Assembly (NCBI RefSeq): GCF_009914755.1
Contig: NC_060936.1
Length of the DNA stretch: 64,000 nucleotides
Reading direction: 5' to 3' (one strand)
From: the human T2T-CHM13v2.0 reference genome, Homo sapiens
In this document: positions 60,601 to 64,000 of the stretch, in pieces
Layout of the letters: each line of letters starts with the position of its first letter
How positions within the stretch are numbered: the stretch's first letter is position 1
Notes under the pieces: generated by a model
Told to the model about the DNA's origin: nothing
Database searches by the model: none
The model's input: the letters and a program-made list of their open reading frames with translations, nothing else
Translations under genes and position numbers: made by a program

Positions 60601-63130
60601 TCAGGGAGGAAGAGGATGATATTACTCCCAGTACAGACGGCTGCACACCCTCTGTACACGGAGGGTGTACAATCCGTCTGTGAAAGAGTTCATAATCTCC
60701 AGAGGGGGAGATGATATTACTCACAATATGGTAAACAGGCTGTGAGACCACCGCAGATCCTAAAAACCAGGGGGGGAAGAGGGCCTGGCTCTTACTCCCC
60801 GCATCATCGCGGGGGGCGCCTCGCCCCCCTGCGATGGGGGTCCTAAGAGCCAGGGGGGCAAGAGGGGCTGGCTCTTACTCCCCGCATCATAGCGGGGGGC
60901 GCCTCGCCCCCCTGCGATGGGGGTCCTAAGAGCCAGGGGGGGAAGAGGGGCTGGCTCTCACTCCCCGCATCGCAAGTGGTGTGTGCAACCCCTGCGATAT
61001 TGGGAGTGATATCATCGTCGCCCCCTGAACATAAGAAACAATATCGCAGTGGCATGTATACCCCCGCGATATTGGAATTAACATCATTTTCTCCCCCTCC
61101 GTATATTCGGAACAATATCACAGTGTGTGTGTACAGCCACTGCGACATTGCCGCTGGTATCTTCCTCTCCCTCCCAGGATAGAAGCGACAATGTCACAAC
61201 AGGGTGTACATCCCCTGCGATATTGGGGGTGATATCTTCCTCTCCCCCGTTGCCTATTATGAACAATGTCACAGAAGAGGTGTACACCCCCTGCTCTGTT
61301 GGCAGTGATATCATCCTCTCCGTCCCTGGATATTAGGAACAATATCCCTAGGGAATGTACACCTCCGGCAATATTCAGACTAATATCATCCTCTCGCCCC
61401 CTGGATATTAGGATCAATATCACAGGGGTGGTGTGCACCCCCGGCGAAACTGGAAGAAATATCATCCTCTCCACCTTTGGATGTTAGGGACAGTATCACG
61501 GGGGAGGTCTCCGCCCACTGCGATTTTGGGAGTCATAAAATCCGCTCCCACCCAGGATATTTGGAACAAGATGACTGAAGGGATGAACACCCACTGAGAT
61601 ATTTTGCATAATGTCATCCTCTACCCCCTGGCTATTAGGAGTAACATCATAGAGGGGTGTACACTTTCTGCGATATTGGGAGTCATATCCTCTTCCCCAC
61701 GGATATCGGGAACAGTTTTATTAGTTATTAATATTAATAAATATAATACCAATTAATAGTAAACATCAATATTAATAACTACAGTGCGGACAGTAAAACG
61801 TAATGCGGATTAAAAATATTAATGACTACAATTAACAATTAATAGCAATATCAATATTAATATTAAAATAATGCTATCAGTTATTAATGTTACTTAAATC
61901 CATCATAAGTGATATTGATAATAAAACAATGATTAATATTAATATTAATAACTAATATTATTTAAAATGACATTAATAGTAAGAATTAATTTTAATCATG
62001 CATAATCATATCTTTAAAATAATCATTAATGATTAATAACGTTATACTATTAATTAATATTACCATTGATAATCATTAATGAGACTGATGTTTAATAATT
62101 CATAATATTATTATTCCTAATACCGCAGAGGGTGTACACCTACCTGTGACATTGTTCCTAATATCCAGGAATGGAGAGCATGCTATTAGTTTTAATATCG
62201 CAGTAGGTGTACACTCACCCTGTGACAGTGATCCTAATATCCAGCGGGTGGAGTATGACATGACTGCCAACATAGCAATGAATGTACAGCCACCCGGTGA
62301 TATTGCTCCTAATATTCACGGAAGAAGCGTATGATGTTACTCCCAATATCGCAGGGAGTGTACACTTCTTCTGTGATATTGTTCCTAGTATCCCGATGGG
62401 GAGAGGATGATAATAATTCCAGCATCGCAGGCTGTGTTCACCCACCCTGTGATATTGTTACTAATATCCTGAAAGGGAGGGGATGATATTACTCCCCATA
62501 ATAGATAGATATTATTCCCCATAATAGAGCAGGAGGTGGACACCCACCCTGTGATATTCTTCCTAATATTCAGAGGCCGAGAGGTTGATATTACTCCCAA
62601 TATCGCAGGAAGTGTACACCCCCGTGTGAGATGGTCCTTCATAATATTCCAAGGCGGAGGGGGTGATATGACTACATATATCGCAGAAAGTGTACACCCC
62701 CCAGGAATATTGTTCCCATGATCCTGGAGGGAAGAGGATGATATTACTTTAAATATCACAGAAGGTGGACACGCCCCCACTGATATTGTTTCTAATTGCA
62801 ACGTGGGAGAGGAGGATATGACACCCAATATCGCAGGGAGTAGAAACACCCCTGTGATACTGTTCTGAATATTCAGGGAAGAAGAGGATGATATTACTCC
62901 CAATACAGACGGGTGTACACCCGTCTGTGAAATAGTTCATAATTTCCAGAGAGGAGATGATATTACTCACAATACGGTAAACAGGCTGTGAGTCCACCGC
63001 GGATCCTAAAAACCAGGTGGGGAAGAGGGGCTGGCTCTTACTCCCCACATCGCGGGGGGGCGCCTCACCCCCCCCCCCCGCGATGGTGGTCCTAAGAGCC
63101 AGGGTGGCAGAGGGGGTGGCTCTTACTCCG
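57605..63130. repeat. SATR-family satellite block B with AT-rich spacers, inverted sub-blocks and GC-rich variant monomers
   Basis: AT-rich ~57605-57940, 59455-59845 and 61715-62115; inverted monomers ~59250-59455 and 60985-61715; GC variants ~59040-59235, 60760-60970 and 63000-63130. Confidence 0.88.
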
Positions 63131-63237
63131 CTTTGAATCGCGTCACTCAGGGTGGCCGCAGTCGCCCTCAGGGATGTTCCACAGGACAGGGCTTAGCTGC
63201 CTAAGGGGCTGCCTCAGCTATTGGTCAGTTACCTCAT

Positions 63238-63255
63238 TTCCTGGTCAGGGAACGA
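63238..63255 (-). promoter_or_regulatory. Retroviral primer-binding site, tRNA-Glu
   Basis: Minus strand TCGTTCCCTGACCAGGAA vs TGGTTCCCTGACCGGGAA (16/18), just after the LTR end. Confidence 0.85.
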
Positions 63256-63260
63256 AAAAA

Positions 63261-63741
63261 TGTAGCAGGACTAGCTGCAGACAAAACCTCTCAGACACCA
63301 AGTTGTAGGAGGAAGGGCTTTATTCAGCTGGGAGCATCGGCAAGCTACTGCCTCAAAATCGGAGCTCCCTGAATGCTCAATTTCTGTCTCTTTTAGTGGC
63401 TCACAACACTAAAGATTTCACTTGAAAGGGTCGTGATTGATTTGAGCAAACAGGTGGTACATGACAGGGGCTGCATGCTCCAGTAGTCAGTGTGAAACAG
63501 AATAGGGCAGGGTGTTTCAAAATGTTCTTCTATACAATGTCTGGAATCTATGAATAACATTGGTTTGTAAGTTATGAGTTGATTTTTAACTACTGGGTTT
63601 AGGACCGGCAGGCCCAGGCCTCGTTTTGAGCCTGGCGTGGGGCTGCCTGTTTTGGTTTTACTTCCTTGTTGTTTTTTCTTAAAACAGGTACTGAGTATAA
63701 AACAGTATAAAACAATATGAGAGGGTCTCTCTCTTCCCTCA
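63261..63741 (-). mobile_element. LTR2-family (HERV-E) 5' LTR
   Basis: Minus strand TGAGGGAAGAGAGAGACCCTCTCATATTG...AATAAA...GTCCTGCTACA, 481 bp, followed by PBS. Confidence 0.92.
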
Positions 63742-64000
63742 GTACAGCAGCTCATTTCATATTACTACTTCACAAAGGAAAGTGAGTTTAATAAAGGAAG
63801 TCACTAAAAATCACTAATGTGATTTCAGTTAGACGATATCAAGTGGACAAATGCAGGAGATAGCACCTGAGTGCATTTAGATCCCCTGGATATAAACTGA
63901 GGAAGAAATTAAAGGATCTTCTAGTGAGATTTATTTCCGTGCACTCAGTTTCTTTCTACTGACAATATTATTTTTGAAAACTATAAATCGAATTCAGTGT

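Noticed and set aside
51805-63048. Many ORFs rich in ISSSPLDIRNNIT / GVHPLVILFLIS
   Set aside because: Translations of satellite monomers in multiple frames on both strands.
50835-63130. CRISPR-like array (palindromic repeats at regular spacing)
   Set aside because: The intervening sequences are homologous to each other, the context is primate and there are no cas genes; this is satellite DNA.
63238-63255. tRNA-Glu gene
   Set aside because: Only the 18-nt complement of the tRNA 3' end; it is the proviral PBS.

Overview
Primate (probably human or great-ape) genomic DNA, very repeat-rich, with no intact annotated-type protein-coding gene visible. The content matches the OR7E-containing segmental-duplication family: processed RPS3A and RPS24 pseudogenes, a truncated OR7E olfactory-receptor fragment, a solo LTR12C, and SATR1/SATR2-type satellite interleaved with a decayed minus-strand HERV-E provirus (LTR2-family 5' LTR, tRNA-Glu PBS, gag-pro-pol). 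The centre holds a ~7 kb/6.1 kb tandem duplication (30161-43667). Its middle junction is a hybrid Alu carrying swapped target-site duplications. Each unit has a minus-strand CpG-island first exon with a 219-nt (73-codon) ORF and a phase-0 GTAAGT donor. I recall this peptide as the N-terminus of the most distal RBFOX1 first exon; that recollection is unverified. Other structures include a triple nested retro-insertion, a templated RPS24P fragment inside an Alu, two old L1s with 5' inversions, and a higher-order, inversion-containing satellite architecture. Coordinates were read by eye: splice sites and junctions were counted base by base, while repeat boundaries and subfamily names are approximate.
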